Source: Hormiphora californensis (Eukaryota > Animalia > Ctenophora). Taken from it: 64,000 nucleotides of DNA. Below are positions 1-30,653 of the stretch, piece by piece (position 1 is the first letter of the stretch; each line of letters opens with the position of its first letter). Position numbers and translations under genes: made by a program. The DNA is taken from NCBI GenBank assembly GCA_020137815.1, contig CM035356.1, positions 310,001-374,000 of the forward strand, in the 5' to 3' direction. A model generated the notes under the pieces. The model was not told the DNA's origin, did no database searches, and saw nothing but the letters and a program-made list of their open reading frames with translations.

Positions 1-504
1 ACACCCAAAGAGGCACATAGAACTAATGATCTAGGTTGTATTGAGCTAATTTTAGAAAGGGCCACCATTAACAGTTTGATACATCTGTTCAGACTCACTC
101 GCGCCAATTTAAGATCAGTTGCAGAAGATTGGAAATTATAAATATAGCAATGGTACTCAAAGGGCACCACATGAAAGATCAAGCAACAGTTTAGTAGCCC
201 CCATAAATGAAATGTTACAACAAGAGAAGACACATCTCTCATGTAGAGCTTCACAAAATGTAACGGACTCAAAAGCGTGTGACATATCTCATGGGACTGC
301 TTGCTAATGGGAATGGAAGATTCTTGTTATACCATTAACCTCAATCTGTATGGACATCCTGGACCCACTTACCTTGTTCTATCTGTAAAGGAGAACAAGA
401 ACCCACCAGATCCAAGCACTAATACCCCATCTTCATGTTATGAACATATCCCACATATATACAACTGAAGTCTGAACTTCAAGTTCTAGGAGATCTCTTC
501 TTGA

Positions 505-1655
505 GCTACAGTTCTGAGACAGCTCTCTGCAGCTCAACTACAGTTCTGAGACAGCTCTCTGCAGCTCAACTACAGTTCTGAGACAGCTCTCTGCAGCTCC
601 ACCTCAACTAAGTTCTGATACAGACTCCTCTGCAGCTCAACTACAAGTGTCTGAGAACAGGCTCTCTGCAGCTCACCTACAGTTCTGAGACGAGCACGTA
701 TTTACACGCGCCAACTACAGTTCGAGACATGCCATCTGCAGCTCAACTACAATCTGAGGACCAGAGACTGCGCGCTCAACTCAGGTTCGATGGAGACAGC
801 TCCTGAAGCTTTCAACTACGTTGTGGTGGACCGAGCGCGTCTCTGCGTCTCAACTACAGTTTGAGACCGATCGCTGCAGCTCAACTACGTTCTGAGCCAG
901 CTCTTGCAGGCTCAACTACAATCTGAGACAGCTCTCTGCAGACCAAACTTACAGTTATGAGGACAGCTCTCTGCAGTCAACTACAGTTCTGAGGACACAC
1001 TCTTGCAGCTCAATACAGTTCTGAGACAGCTCTTTCTGCAGATCCGCTCCAGTCTGAGACAGCTCTCTGTGCAAGTCAAACTACAGTTCTGAGACAGCTA
1101 TGCAGCCAACTATATTCTAAGGGACAGCTCTCTGCAGGCTCAAACTTACAGTTTTCTGTTGAGTACAGACCTCTCATGCAGCTCAACTACAGTTCTGGAA
1201 ACAGCCCTCGCCAGCTCACTACAATTCTGAGACAGCTCTCTGCAGCTCAACTACAGTTCTGAGACAGCTCTCTGCAGCTCAACTACAGTTCTGAGACAGC
1301 TCTCTGCAGCTCAACTACAGTTCTGAGACAGCTCTCTGCAGCTCAACTACAGTTCTGAGACAGCTCTCTGCAGCTCAACTACAGTTCTGAGACAGCTCTC
1401 TGCAGCTCAACTACAATTCTGAGACAGCTCTCTGCAGCTCAACTACAGTTCTAAGACAGCTCTCTGCAGCTCAACTACAGTTCTGAGACAGCTCTCTGCA
1501 ACTCAACTACAGTTCTAAGACAGCTCTCTGCAGCTCAACTACAGTTCTGAGACAGCTCTCTGCAGCTCAACTACAGTTCTGAGACAGCTCTCTGCAGCTC
1601 AACTACAGTTCTGAGACAGATCTCTGCAGCTCAACTACAATTCTGAGACAGCTAT
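505..1655. repeat. 32-bp tandem satellite (CTACAGTTCTGAGACAGCTCTCTGCAGCTCAA), ~35 copies
   Basis: Period 32 is read directly (GAGACAGC at 1261 and 1293). Copies are clean at both ends and full of indels at ~600-1220. Confidence 0.95.
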
Positions 1656-1859
1656 AATTCTAGCTCTTGTCGAGCTAAACCCACAATGTAGCTGGACACT
1701 GTTAATATCATTAAGTTGCGACTCACTTCATAGAAGTATGGCTAAGGCTTCTGCTGCCTCTCTTCAACCAATACTCTCGCTGAAACCCATTAATTTCGAT
1801 CGGGGCAGTTGCTTACTAACTCACTAGGTTCATAAGAAAACTGACCTGAACCCAATTGA

Positions 1860-4120
<2,261 letters not shown>

Positions 4121-5603
4121 ACCAAGGTTCCTTATTCTTCATACTCGAGAGATAGAGGAGTTTGCCCTTTGAAAGTTGGCGCCTCCCCCCCCCCTCGGCC
4201 CTCATGTCCCCACCACTAGTCTAACCCATTAATGGGGGGGGGGTAAGGTGAGGGAAGCATATTAGTTAGGGCGAGGAAGGAAAAAATAAGGACAGTACTC
4301 TTTGTCTGATATTTCCCTAATTCTTTCATTCTCCTGTTGGGAAATGAACATGGAGAGGTCAAAGCATTCGACCAGACGAGAATGAGAAGCACCAGACCAG
4401 AATGGGAAGGATACATGTTTAATCAACATTGGCATTATATTGAAGCTCAACATGGAGTAGTTGCGTGGAATTAAAAGGTCTTTATGTCTTATTTATACCC
4501 CCGTGAAACAGTGAGAACTATATAATTTTGGTGCGTGATGTCATTAACAAGCAAATCTTAATGTTTTGTACTGCAAAATAGTCCTCTCATGGGAGTAAAG
4601 GTGTTGTTTTCGTTACCCAAAAGCCACGAAACTAGAGCATAATTAGACTGATTTGTAGTCACCAAGTCAGAGATGGTCAAGTCGGAGGAGAGGTATTTCA
4701 TTCGGGGGAAGAGTGGCCGGTGGGCTCCCAGTGGGCTTTTGCTTTTCATTACAACCTGGAACGGCGAGTTTAATTATAGCGAATAAAAGTTAAACATTAA
4801 TTATGGGAATTGTTGGTAATGGAGATATAGGGATAGGTCACTACACATGTATATCGCAGCTATTAGCTGTTCATTTCCTGATTACCACTATTCCGGTGTG
4901 TGGTATTGGATCCATTGTTCATGACAGTGTCATGATATCACATATTAACAGAGTTAATTAATGTTCAACCACCATCTGGCGTGTTATAACACCTGACGGT
5001 TTCTCTTTAGTTCACTTTTTGAGTAGCTGCAAATAGTTTCCTGTCATTTTGGTTCCCTCTCTATATTATCTATTATATTTCTCTAGAGTCAAGATCTCCT
5101 TCTCTCTCTCGATCATCATCAATATTATTTTCTTCCATCTACTTCCTTCACCCACCTACATAACTTTTCATCTTAATTCTGTCTCGCCAGCTGCCAGCTC
5201 CAGCTAAAGACGTGTTCAACAGCTATAACTGGCCACTCCATCCTCTGTGCAGCTGTTAGTAATATCTCTCTCTCTCTCTCTCTCTCCTTCGATAGTACAT
5301 CTTCTGTTTATCATTCTTATTTTTATATTCTGTGTTCCCATTTCCATGCTCTATTCACCCTTACTTTCAGAGAATGAGTTTGTCGTTATTCTGTTTAAAT
5401 CACTACTCTTGTTTACCTATTCTATGTGGGCCCTATGACACCTTTGTTCCCCTCCCCCTTTTTACCAACAGCTCCCATTTTTACCACCTCTCTCTCCCCT
5501 ACTCAAGTCCACTTCTTGTCGTTGTGTTATATGTTTGAAACTCATCTCTACTTATCAAACATCTGGTCCACCCATTTGTTATACCACTGTCCCCCATAGT
5601 GTC

Positions 5604-5663
5604 CCACGTGACCTATTCATAGTAGCTGTCACGTGACCAATAGTACTATAGGTACTGCACGTG
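5604..5663 (+). promoter_or_regulatory. Cluster of three CACGTG E-boxes including a perfect GTCACGTGAC (CLEAR-type)
   Basis: CACGTG at 5605, 5630 and 5658; GTCACGTGAC at 5628-5637. All lie 45-105 nt upstream of the ATG at 5709. Confidence 0.5.
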
Positions 5664-5708
5664 AGGTGTGCCCCTGTTCAATGTCAGGGAGGTACCATTA
5701 GTACCAGT

Positions 5709-8254
5709 ATGTTTGTGTTATTGTTTGGGCTATTGGCTATTTGTAGTGGGCTACCCTTGGAAGAGAATGAACCTGTGGTAGACGTGGCTGAACGTGATTG
5801 GCAAGATCGTTTTGGTAAGTCGACAAAGTTGGTGTTATTGATTAGAAACAGCTTGGTATGCATAAACATACTGCTAGATTGGTGCATACCACCCTATAGT
5901 AACGAATGCAGTGTTTCGTGAACACCAGTGAATATCAGGGAATCTTTTGCAATGAAACTATAAAACCTGGAAATTAAAAATTATTCTGCACAATAACTCG
6001 TACTGGTATTGAAACAAGGGCTGGCTATAAATGTTTTAATTGAGGTGCCAACGAAGTTTAAACTAAACCAGTTGCTTTGTCGGTTTTGACTGGAATTACT
6101 ATTCCACCACAAGGGAGAAACTAATTAACATGGGGTCAAGTTTTAATGAAAACTAATAATCACCCTCGCCGCATTGGACCCCGTTTTGGCCCACTTTTTA
6201 TTCGACAGAAAGAGGGGAAATGGAAAAGAAAGTTTGAAACCACGTATGCATTTTAAAATTGAGATACCGTCTATTTTGATCCGTGGTTTTGTCGGAGTTA
6301 ATAAGTCGGAGTCTTAGTCTCGACTAGTTTAGATTAGAATTCCCAGAATAAAGAAATTTAGAGGATGAATATTAAGTATCCAGTCTCTCTCTTTCTCATC
6401 TCTTTCTCCCCCATCTCCCTCTCTCTTCATACCTCAGATCACTGCAGGACAGATTGCACTAAGGTCATATGCTCCAGTGAGTGATTACGTTGGCAAATTC
6501 TTGTGGCAAATAAAAAGTGACTCCAGAGTGAGAGATGGACACTTCCATTTGCTCCTTTCTGGTGGTAGTTTGCCTTCTAGTGGGTTCGCCAGCCCTGGCG
6601 GGATTAGGCACATATATCCCCGGGCAGGGAACACAACACTATTCCCATGAGTATTTATACTGCAGGTTAGTGACATGAGTCGAACAAAGAACAATAGTCT
6701 TAAAGTTGTATTAATATTTTCTTAATAGACACTAATTTTGCTTGCCTAGCTAGACTGCGTTTATAAATGTAAAGGAGGGTTAGAACATAACAAAATTTTG
6801 CCAGACTTCCGAGTCTTGTTTTGGGAAGGTCTGCTAGCAATTAGTTCATAAGGAAACTGCAATGTTTGGTATTTTATTCTTAGGAGACGTCCTGACGGAT
6901 CAATTGAACTAAGTAGAGAGGTTGGGAAGTAGTTGAAGTAGGGAGGTTGTTGGCGTGCCCTGAAAGATAAAAATATGGTCCTCACATGGAGAAAAAGGGC
7001 GTGGAGGGAGCAAGAGCAACATAGCATTACAAATTACTAAACTCAATTGTAATTGAAACATGATGTTGTAATCACTCATCCGAATCTTTGAAAAGTTTTC
7101 TGCAAACATCAACAAGAGTTTCAATGATTTGGGAAAGGAGGGCGGCAGGACATTATATAATTATGTGTGCCCCCTTATATCTAGACAACTTTGTTTTCTG
7201 GCCCAGCCTCTAGATACTGCAGGGGTATAACTGATTCTCTACACTTGCTAACCCCAGCCTCCCTAGTCGCTTCAGAGGTATGTGATGTGACGCTGTTAAA
7301 GAAGCGCTATGGCAGTATGAAGGGAAGCTATGTCTGTTGCAGATCGAGGAAACGCTATGATGAGGATGAGGATTACCTACCTCACATTAACATAGGTGTA
7401 TGCCCTTCTTCTGATGTTGTAGGTGAGAATAGAACTTGACAAACAGACAGTTACAAATATACCAAAACAGAAGCATATTAATCATTATTAGCAAACACAT
7501 TTGAAACAATTAAAATTGCATTTCAGCGGTGATAGGAAAGAATAAGGCCGTTACTGTCGAGGAATCGAGGAGTGACCCGAGTGCCACTGATGATAATCCA
7601 GGATTGGGTAAGAACTATATCCCATTATAAACCACCCTCCCTCTTAATTACCCCCGCTTTATACCGGGATGTTGTCCCCCATTATAATTCGGTCAATTTC
7701 TGGTATCAGTGCCCAGTGCCCCAAGTATCATTTATTTGCGTGGCTATTATATCACCCCTCCAAGTTAACTCTGTAACATTATCTTTGTTCTTTCATTTCC
7801 CAATTTGTGTTTCAGATGAGGGAGAGTGTCATGTTTACAGGACCTGGTACAAGAAAGTAGAGTGGAATGGCTGTCTTCCTGGAAATATGATCAAAACCGC
7901 AATGGTTGTACAGGACAAACTCGGATCAGGTGAGATTAATGGAAGTCCTTGTCTGGCGACGCCATACTCTTTAGTGCACTCATTTGAGTGTCTATCCCCT
8001 CTCGTTTTATAGCGCTTCAACTCTTCCCAATGAATATCCACCCTCACTCTACATAATCCTCAGGCTCCTGTCAACTTGTTCGCATCGACCCAGACTGTAC
8101 CATGAAGAATGCCGAGCCCTTGAAACCTGACCACGCCTATTCCTACCAAATCAAACTCCTCAATAACCCTGATACTGATGAAGTTATCAACCTGTTTAAT
8201 GACCTTCCTGGGTGTACGCTGGATGGAGGGGACGTGGTGAAATGCAGCCTTTAA
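5709..8254 (+). CDS. Small secreted cysteine-rich prepro-protein, 149 aa, 4 exons (5709-5814, 6438-6476, 7816-7929, 8064-8254)
   Basis: All three introns are GT-AG and phase 1, and the frame stays open to TAA: MFVLLFGLLAICSG-LPLEENEPVVDVAER-DWQDRFDHCRTDCTKVICSNEGECHVYRTWYKKVEWNGCLPGNMIKTAMVVQDKLGSGSCQLVRIDPDCTMKNAEPLKPDHAYSYQIKLLNNPDTDEVINLFNDLPGCTLDGGDVVKCSL*. Hydrophobic signal peptide followed by an acidic spacer. Confidence 0.75.
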
Positions 8255-9388
8255 CTGTTGTGTGTGAGGCAGGTCATGAGGACGTCCAATTTACTTGGCT
8301 CTCTGAGTCTACCAGGATGATGGACAACGTGTGTGAGAGATGGGGGGAGGTGTGTGTGGTGCTTGTGTGTGACCATGTTGTAGGGGCACTGTGGCACACT
8401 CACACACAAGTATCACACGCACCTCTCCACCAATTCTCCAAATTGGAATGAGATTTAACAAAGCATTGAAAAACAAGGGAAACAAACTATGAATGTAATT
8501 ATTTTTTTGTAAACACGCTTCCACTGTGTAATATTGATATCTCTAATCTCTTAAATTTTGAAAAGATCAGCTATTTTGTCGTGTTTTGAAATAAATATAA
8601 CAAAACGGTGACCATTTATCAAACGTCACTTCGCCTTGTTGAGTGAGAGTTACTGGTGGGATGAGAACTTGGTATTTTGGTAAGGGGCCAGGCCGCTCTC
8701 CATTTGGTTTTATCTTATCTCGATATCAAACTTTCACGCTGTGGCCAATTTTATTTATTTGTGCCGCGGTTAAGCGCCGCGCAGTAAACTTAGATGGTCA
8801 TGCGCGCGCAAAATCTTGCTGCCAGTTTTTAAACTTTTTTTAGTTTTCTTTTTTCCTTCTTTTTCCTTTCGCCGAGAATTGAGAAAGTTTCTCGGTTCCG
8901 TAAATCACACCATTTCCCGTCCTGCATGTGATTTAAAATTGAAACTTGACGGGGTTTTGGATTGATTTTAAATAGAATAGGAAAATATATTGTCTGATGA
9001 GAAAATTCAGTGACCATTTTTGTCGGGGCGGTCGCGGGTTGAGACTTGAGACTTTCAGTCCATGCCCCAATCCCCATGGTCGTTGGATAAGGCGTTAGAA
9101 GGTTTAAAGACGATGAAGTCTTTGAGGCTCAATCTGGGAGTTTAGGACTAGATAGTATGTCGATGCACTAGAATGCTGGTTTGAGAACTCTGGCGTTTCA
9201 AAACAGGTCACGCAGTGTGCGACATTAACTTTTCCGATGCCCCTCACTGAATTGAACCCGAGCCAAGAGAGAACGATCGAGATCGGGTCTAACATTGATC
9301 CTGCTGGATATATAATATTAACCGTGCTCCGTTTGTTTACTGAATTAATTTCTTTTAGTCGTATGCTGTTAAACGTTGAAGGGAGGCC

Positions 9389-24909
<15,521 letters not shown>

Positions 24910-25114
24910 AATATCAGGATTTTTATTGTTACTTGTCAGTCAGAGAACAATTTTCCCAAACAGGTCTCTCCCCTTCCCCCTTTCCCCTCTCATTTTGCGT
25001 GTTTTTTTGCTGTGTTGAGAAACTAATGGTAGGAGAGCGATATATTGTTTTGTGTGTTCTGCTGTTGAATTAATTGTAGTGCTTGTTGGTAAACTCCATT
25101 ATAGAGTGCCATAC

Positions 25115-25120
25115 AATAAA
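25115..25120 (+). terminator. Candidate STIM polyadenylation signal AATAAA
   Basis: 206 nt after the stop codon, followed by GT/T-rich sequence. Confidence 0.5.
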
Positions 25121-25295
25121 TGAAGTGTTTTCCCGGGCTTTGAGATTTAAACAAAACTGTGCAACTGATGAAACTCACTGTCTCCAGTTCTAGAGCTTTC
25201 TAGTCCGGTGTGTGTGGGTGGTGTATGAAGAGGCTGTGAAGAGTGATTATATATGTTGTTATTCTTCTATATTATTTGGGATTGTACAGTATATG

Positions 25296-25566
25296 ATTAG
25301 ATGACTGGTTAAAATGGTCTATTACTTTTTAGTGCACGAGGCCGAAGGCCGAGTGTTCTAAATACAACAATAATGAACCGAGACCGACAGGTCGAGGTAG
25401 ATCCTTTTACTTAGCTGCCGAGCCTGCGAGGCACGCTAAGTGTAACTACCGAGCGAGCCTGCGAGCTCTGTAGTTGTACTTTTGGGCCGAGCCTGCGAGG
25501 CCTAAAAGTGAAAGAATCTTTAACATTATTGTTGTGTAATAGAGCATGTAAAAGCAGTCATCTAAT
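25296..25566. mobile_element. Small TIR element carrying a series of mini-hairpins
   Basis: ATTAGATGACTGGTTAAAATGGTCTATTAC matches the reverse complement of GTAATAGAGCATGTAAAAGCAGTCATCTAAT. Confidence 0.6.
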
Positions 25567-25586
25567 TTTATTAGATGATTTTGGAA

Positions 25587-25640
25587 ACAAACTGAGTGAA
25601 AGAGATAAAGATTGAGTGAGAGAGAGAGAGAGAAAGAGAA

Positions 25641-25687
<47 letters not shown>

Positions 25688-25865
25688 TGTGCAGTAGTCA
25701 CTACTGCATAGTGCACACGCCCTAACCCTTATCTTTTCTCCCCCTCTGCAACTATAGGTCACGTGATCGTCACGTGATGGCACCACGCCAATGAGCGTCC
25801 TGCATCTGCTTTCCCTCTCTGCCTTCGATTCTCTCTTTTCCTATCTCTCTCTCTCACACACACAC

Positions 25866-25937
<72 letters not shown>

Positions 25938-25980
25938 TCTCTCTCTCTCACTTAATCTTTATCTCGTTCACTCAGTTTGT
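25587..25980. mobile_element. Foldback element with (GA)n/(TC)n arms
   Basis: ACAAACTGAGTGAAAGAGATAAAGATTGAGTGAGAG is inverted as CTCTCACTTAATCTTTATCTCGTTCACTCAGTTTGT. Confidence 0.65.
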
Positions 25981-26304
25981 AATGTTTGTAATGCTCACAC
26001 TGTGTGCGTGTGACTAGAAAGTGTCTAATTTTTCACATACCACTGCAACGGTATTTTACTTTATAATTACTAGTGTTTTTGCAGTGGTCTAAGTTTTCAC
26101 AGTACACTGTAACCGGTGGTCACGGTGTACTGTGAAAACTTAGATAACCGGTTAAAATTGTCTAATACCGTTTATATCGGTTGTTATGTAAAATTTTATT
26201 CAGTTCAGGGAGGATACGCAAAAGATATTATCTGAGATCTGAGATATGATTTCACAACTCAAATGTTGTACTGTTAAATTGTGGTGTGAAGATCTCTGCT
26301 TGTA

Positions 26305-26542
26305 GTAGGAGCGCTTAGATCACTTCCCACCAAGAGTCGCGCGCCACCCCTTTTCCGCATCGTCATAGCTCCTTCATTTCAACTCCAATAAAAAATGACC
26401 CTCAAGTTTTCGAAAGATCTTGTCGAGATCTACAAAAAACTTGAGGGTCATTTTTTGATTCGATGCAAAGCAAAGGAGTGACAGTAGCCTAAGTTTTGTG
26501 TGGCGCGCGACTTTTGCACGTGCATGCTCTAAGCGCTCCTAC
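26305..26542. mobile_element. MITE with TA flanks
   Basis: TA|GTAGGAGCGCTTAGA...TCTAAGCGCTCCTAC|TA; internal inverted repeat AAAAAATGACCCTCAAGTTTT. Confidence 0.75.
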
Positions 26543-26959
26543 TATTGAGCATTGACCTGACAGGAAGATCTCGCCCCACAAATATAATAATCAGGATCTT
26601 ATGAAGGAGATGTGTGTGAGATCAGAAACTAAAGCGTAATAGCAAGGCTGCTGGGTCGTTAATTTATTTGAATGCTATATTGGTGATTTCATATATCCAC
26701 TTTCTCGATGGGGTTTCTCACCGAATCCAGGCGGGTTTGCGAATTTTGGTTGATTTTTTGTGTGTGTAAATTGAGAAAATAAACATCTCTACAGGGTTTC
26801 CAAATCTCTGAATAACAGAGTTTGATTGTTTAGCTTCGTTTTTCTGCAAATCTTGATATGAGACGGGATATTGATTGAAGAGATGCGTGTGTTCGACACT
26901 GAGCCAATAAATGAGGTGTACACTAACAGACATGATGTTTTCTCTCTTTTTCTCGGATA

Positions 26960-28248
26960 AAGCTATATGCGGATGACTCCCAGCTCTATGTGAGTCTGGT
27001 CCCTACGGATTCTACTGGCTGGTCTGAGGCAAAGGTGGATATTGAGGAGTGTTTGGCGAGGGTAAAGAGGTGGATGGTAGGACAGTGGTTAAAATGCAAC
27101 GAGGCTAAGACAGAATTCATCCTGCTTGGAAAGCGCAGTTCGTTAGGTAAAGTCTCTTTTGATCCAGTCATCAGCTTTGGGGGAACGGAAATTTTCCCTA
27201 GTGAATGTAGTGGAACAGATGGTAAAACCCTGGGAATTCTCTTGGATCACAATCTAAATCTCGAACGTCAGGTTAATAATGTGAGGAAACAGTGTGGACT
27301 GGTATTACGGAACCTATGGCAACTACACAAATGTTTTGATGTCACAACAAAGATAATGTTGGTCAAACAATTGATCATTTCGAGGATTGACTACAGTAAC
27401 ATTCTGTATTATGGACTTCCTGGCCGAGTTCTCAGTGGGCTCCAGAAACTCCTTAACGCCTGTGTTCGCTTCATATTCAACATCCATGGGCACCAAGAGG
27501 ATTACATGGAATACTTCAGGAAGTGTCATATTTTACCGATCTCCTACAGGCTGGACTTCAAAGCCTGTCTAATCGCCTACAAGATAGTCTATGGAACAGC
27601 ACCCCGTTACCTCCAGGAAATGGTGCCACTTGATGACAGTTGGGGTCTCTCCAGGACAACAAGGATGACTAATGTTACTGATCCGTACAGATTGAAACAC
27701 CCGAAGATGACCAGTATCAACGCCAACTCTAAGTTGAGACGCAGGAGACTATCGGTATTTCTACCTAATGTTTGGAATGGACTACCCCTTGAGCTTAGGT
27801 CAATCCCCAACATCGAAACCTTCAAGGCCCGCCTGAAAACACATCTCTTCGTTGGTGCATTTGGAGTGGGTGATGGGGAACCCATGGCTGAGTTGTAACG
27901 TTTGTTGTAGTTGTGGGGCCTGCGGGCAATCAGTGTCAACCTCTCTCTAGTCATGTTATTATTTCACTACCTAGTATCCTTTTACCTAGCAGGTGTAAGT
28001 AAAGTGTGTTTTAAATTTATAGCTACAGGTTTATGGGACCAGTTTATCCTACAGTTTTATATGTCCAGTTAATTTAGTCTTACAATATATTGTTCTTTTT
28101 CAACCAGAGTGTTCGTGTGTGTCATATATTTAATCGAGGATATACCGCTCTGATGACTCGACGGAGCATCGCCAATATTTTGACATGTTTCCGTCGGGTA
28201 TGGGCGGTATACAAGCGCGGAATATTATTATTATTATATTATTATTAC
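26960..28248 (+). mobile_element. 5'-truncated non-LTR retrotransposon (L2/CR1-group), RT C-terminal half plus 3' UTR
   Basis: YADDSQLY at 26966 is in frame with the ORF ending at 27898 (LKCNEAKTEFILLG, KTLGILLD, ISRIDYSN, WNGLPLELR...FKARLKTHLF). The 3' end finishes in a (TTA)n tail. Confidence 0.92.
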
Positions 28249-29264
28249 ATGCCTGTTCCCTTATTCATTTCTCAATTTGTTTTCATTGCTATTTTTATAT
28301 GATCTGTTTTACTTTGTCCTCCTATTCGGAGTTGCAGGGAGATGGGAATTAGGGAAATTGGACAGTGCGACAATCATCCTCCTTCTTTAGCGAAATGCTA
28401 TATGGAGACTGAGAGCAACTAGTGTCTAGTATATTTATTGTAATGTATGAAATATATTGGGAAGGGAGAGAAAAGGCCAAGGATCATGTTCGAACAAATC
28501 CGACCTGTTAAATAAAAATACGCTCAGCTGGGGATCAAAAAGTAAAATAAGTACAATAATTAAACAAATAAACACTCGTCCCTACTAATAAGTACATTCA
28601 GTACAATAATTAAGCTGTCATAAATACTGGAATAATGGCAGGTGAGTAGAACTTCGCTCCTAATAAAAGGCTGCAATAAAAGGCTGCAATAAAAGGCTGC
28701 AGAAAAAGGCTGCAATAAAAGGCTGCAATAAAAGGCTGCAATAAAAGGCTGCAATGGATCACGTATCCAACTGGACTAAAGCGGGGGATAGACCGAATCG
28801 TCCTCCCCTAATAGTGTTTCGTATCACGTATCGGCTGTAGAGAGATCGAATCACCCTCCCCTAATTATAGTGATTCGTGTCACGTATCCAACTAGACCAT
28901 AGGCGATAGAGAGACCGAGATAGAGAGCGAGTACGAGTGAGAACTGAGAGAGTGAAAAATCAGAATCACGGTATGGTATCCTCTAATGAAAAGCGGTTAC
29001 CAATTGACTATGAGACCTCATCGGTCCCGATACGTGATTCTCTACCGCTATGTATTCTCCATTAGTCTTTCCGTATCGATCCACGATTCAGTAGAGGTAG
29101 CCAGTAACTACTGAGAGTGTTGGTCTAATGAGGTAGGGTAGATTTATTGATTGAGCGTGTAGCACAATGACAGGTGGACCACCCAACCACTTGGTTCACC
29201 TATCGTAGTATTATGTGTGATTCCGCTCTACTGAATTGTGTACATAAACTTTATGATAAAGACT

Positions 29265-30102
29265 GGGGGGGACGACATGTTAATTGTTAATAAATCACCT
29301 TTTTTTTCCGATTTTGTTAATTAACGTTAATTAACAAAATTAACAAAATTAACAAATGCTAAAAGACTGTTCTTATTGGTTGATAAAACGACTTTAACTG
29401 GTTAAATTTTATAGTTTAATGACTTATCTAACACATACATACCCAAACAAGGCCTCCTCCGATTATAACCAAAGTCCGAAATACACGTTTTTTGGCTCAA
29501 AAGCAATAACACTCAAAAGTTACCAAAATTTCAATCTAGCGTATAAAATCTCACTTTAATGTAATTATTTCATTGATAATCGATTCTTTGGATGAAAGAA
29601 GATGATGTTTAACGTTTCTGTTGGAAAAAGAAGAAAATCTTTTTAAAATCATTTGTTTTGGTCAAAGATTGAAAATTTTCTTCGCTACAAATCCTTGTGT
29701 TTTTTTAGAAAAAATTATTTTTGGGATTTTTTTTTCGATTTAAGGTAAATTCATGAGTCTCGTTAAGTTTTTAGGGTTGGAAAATACGGATCATGGTCAT
29801 TTGACATCAATTGCGGTTTAGTTTGACTAGTTTTATTAAAATTTACATTATGGAACAAATCGCTCTTGAAAGGCCGTAGTAGACGTCCTTAGGCTATGTA
29901 CATCGTGCAGAAGGGACACCTTTGCTCGCAGAACAACATGCAGCAAGTGTTCAATACCAAAAACACGTGATAAAGGGGATTTATATGGCATAAATGGCGT
30001 TTGTTAACATTTGTTAAACTTTTGTTAATTTTGTTAATAAATCACCTGTTTTCCCGATGTTAATATTAACAAAGTTAACAAAATTAACATGTCGCACCCC
30101 CC
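29265..30102. mobile_element. Nested non-autonomous TIR element, G-run termini, 8-bp TSD
   Basis: TAAAGACT|GGGGGGGACGACATGTTAATT...AATTAACATGTCGCACCCCCC|TAAAGACT. Confidence 0.9.
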
Positions 30103-30290
30103 TAAAGACTATTGGCGAATAACGGTAGAAAATCAGTAATCACGTATTGGCACCGATTAGGTCAAATTATAGGTATTAGGTAACCGCCTTTCATTTAATT
30201 GATTAGAGGATATCATGAAACGTGATACAATACTTGATTAGTCGTCCATGATTCGGATCTCTCACTCTCACCTCTCTAACTCTCTATCTC

Positions 30291-30653
30291 GGTAAGCGGT
30301 AAATACTCACTCGGTTCTTCACATTTTTCGGACGTTTTTGACCATAACTCAGCCATTTCTTGACCAATTTGCAAAATCTTGGGCTCATTGGAAAGAAGAC
30401 ATTAAGAGCTTTCCAATGAGCTCTAAAAAATGAAAATCGGCGCAAAATGCGCGGCGCTATGGCGAAAACGCGCATTTTACGCCATAGCGCCGCGCATTTT
30501 GCGCCGATTTTCATTTTCTAGGGCTCATTTTAAAGGTCTTAATGTCTTCTTTCCAATGAGCCCAAGATTTTGCAAATTGGTCAAGAAATGGCTGAGTTAT
30601 GGTCAAAAACGTCCGAAAAATGTGAAGAACCGAGTGAGTATTTACCGCTTACC
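30291..30653. mobile_element. Nested palindromic MITE, 9-bp TSD (same family as 23591)
   Basis: CTCTATCTC|GGTAAGCGGTAAATACTCAC...GTGAGTATTTACCGCTTACC|CTCTATCTC. Confidence 0.92.

Noticed and set aside
1-450. Possible decayed LINE RT C-terminus (LKGHHMK..., SCRAS..NGL)
   Set aside because: Only a weak resemblance across several frameshifts; needs a profile search.
505-1655. 32-bp repeat as a CRISPR array
   Set aside because: Head-to-tail with no unique spacers, no cas genes, and a eukaryotic context. The variable middle looks like indel noise.
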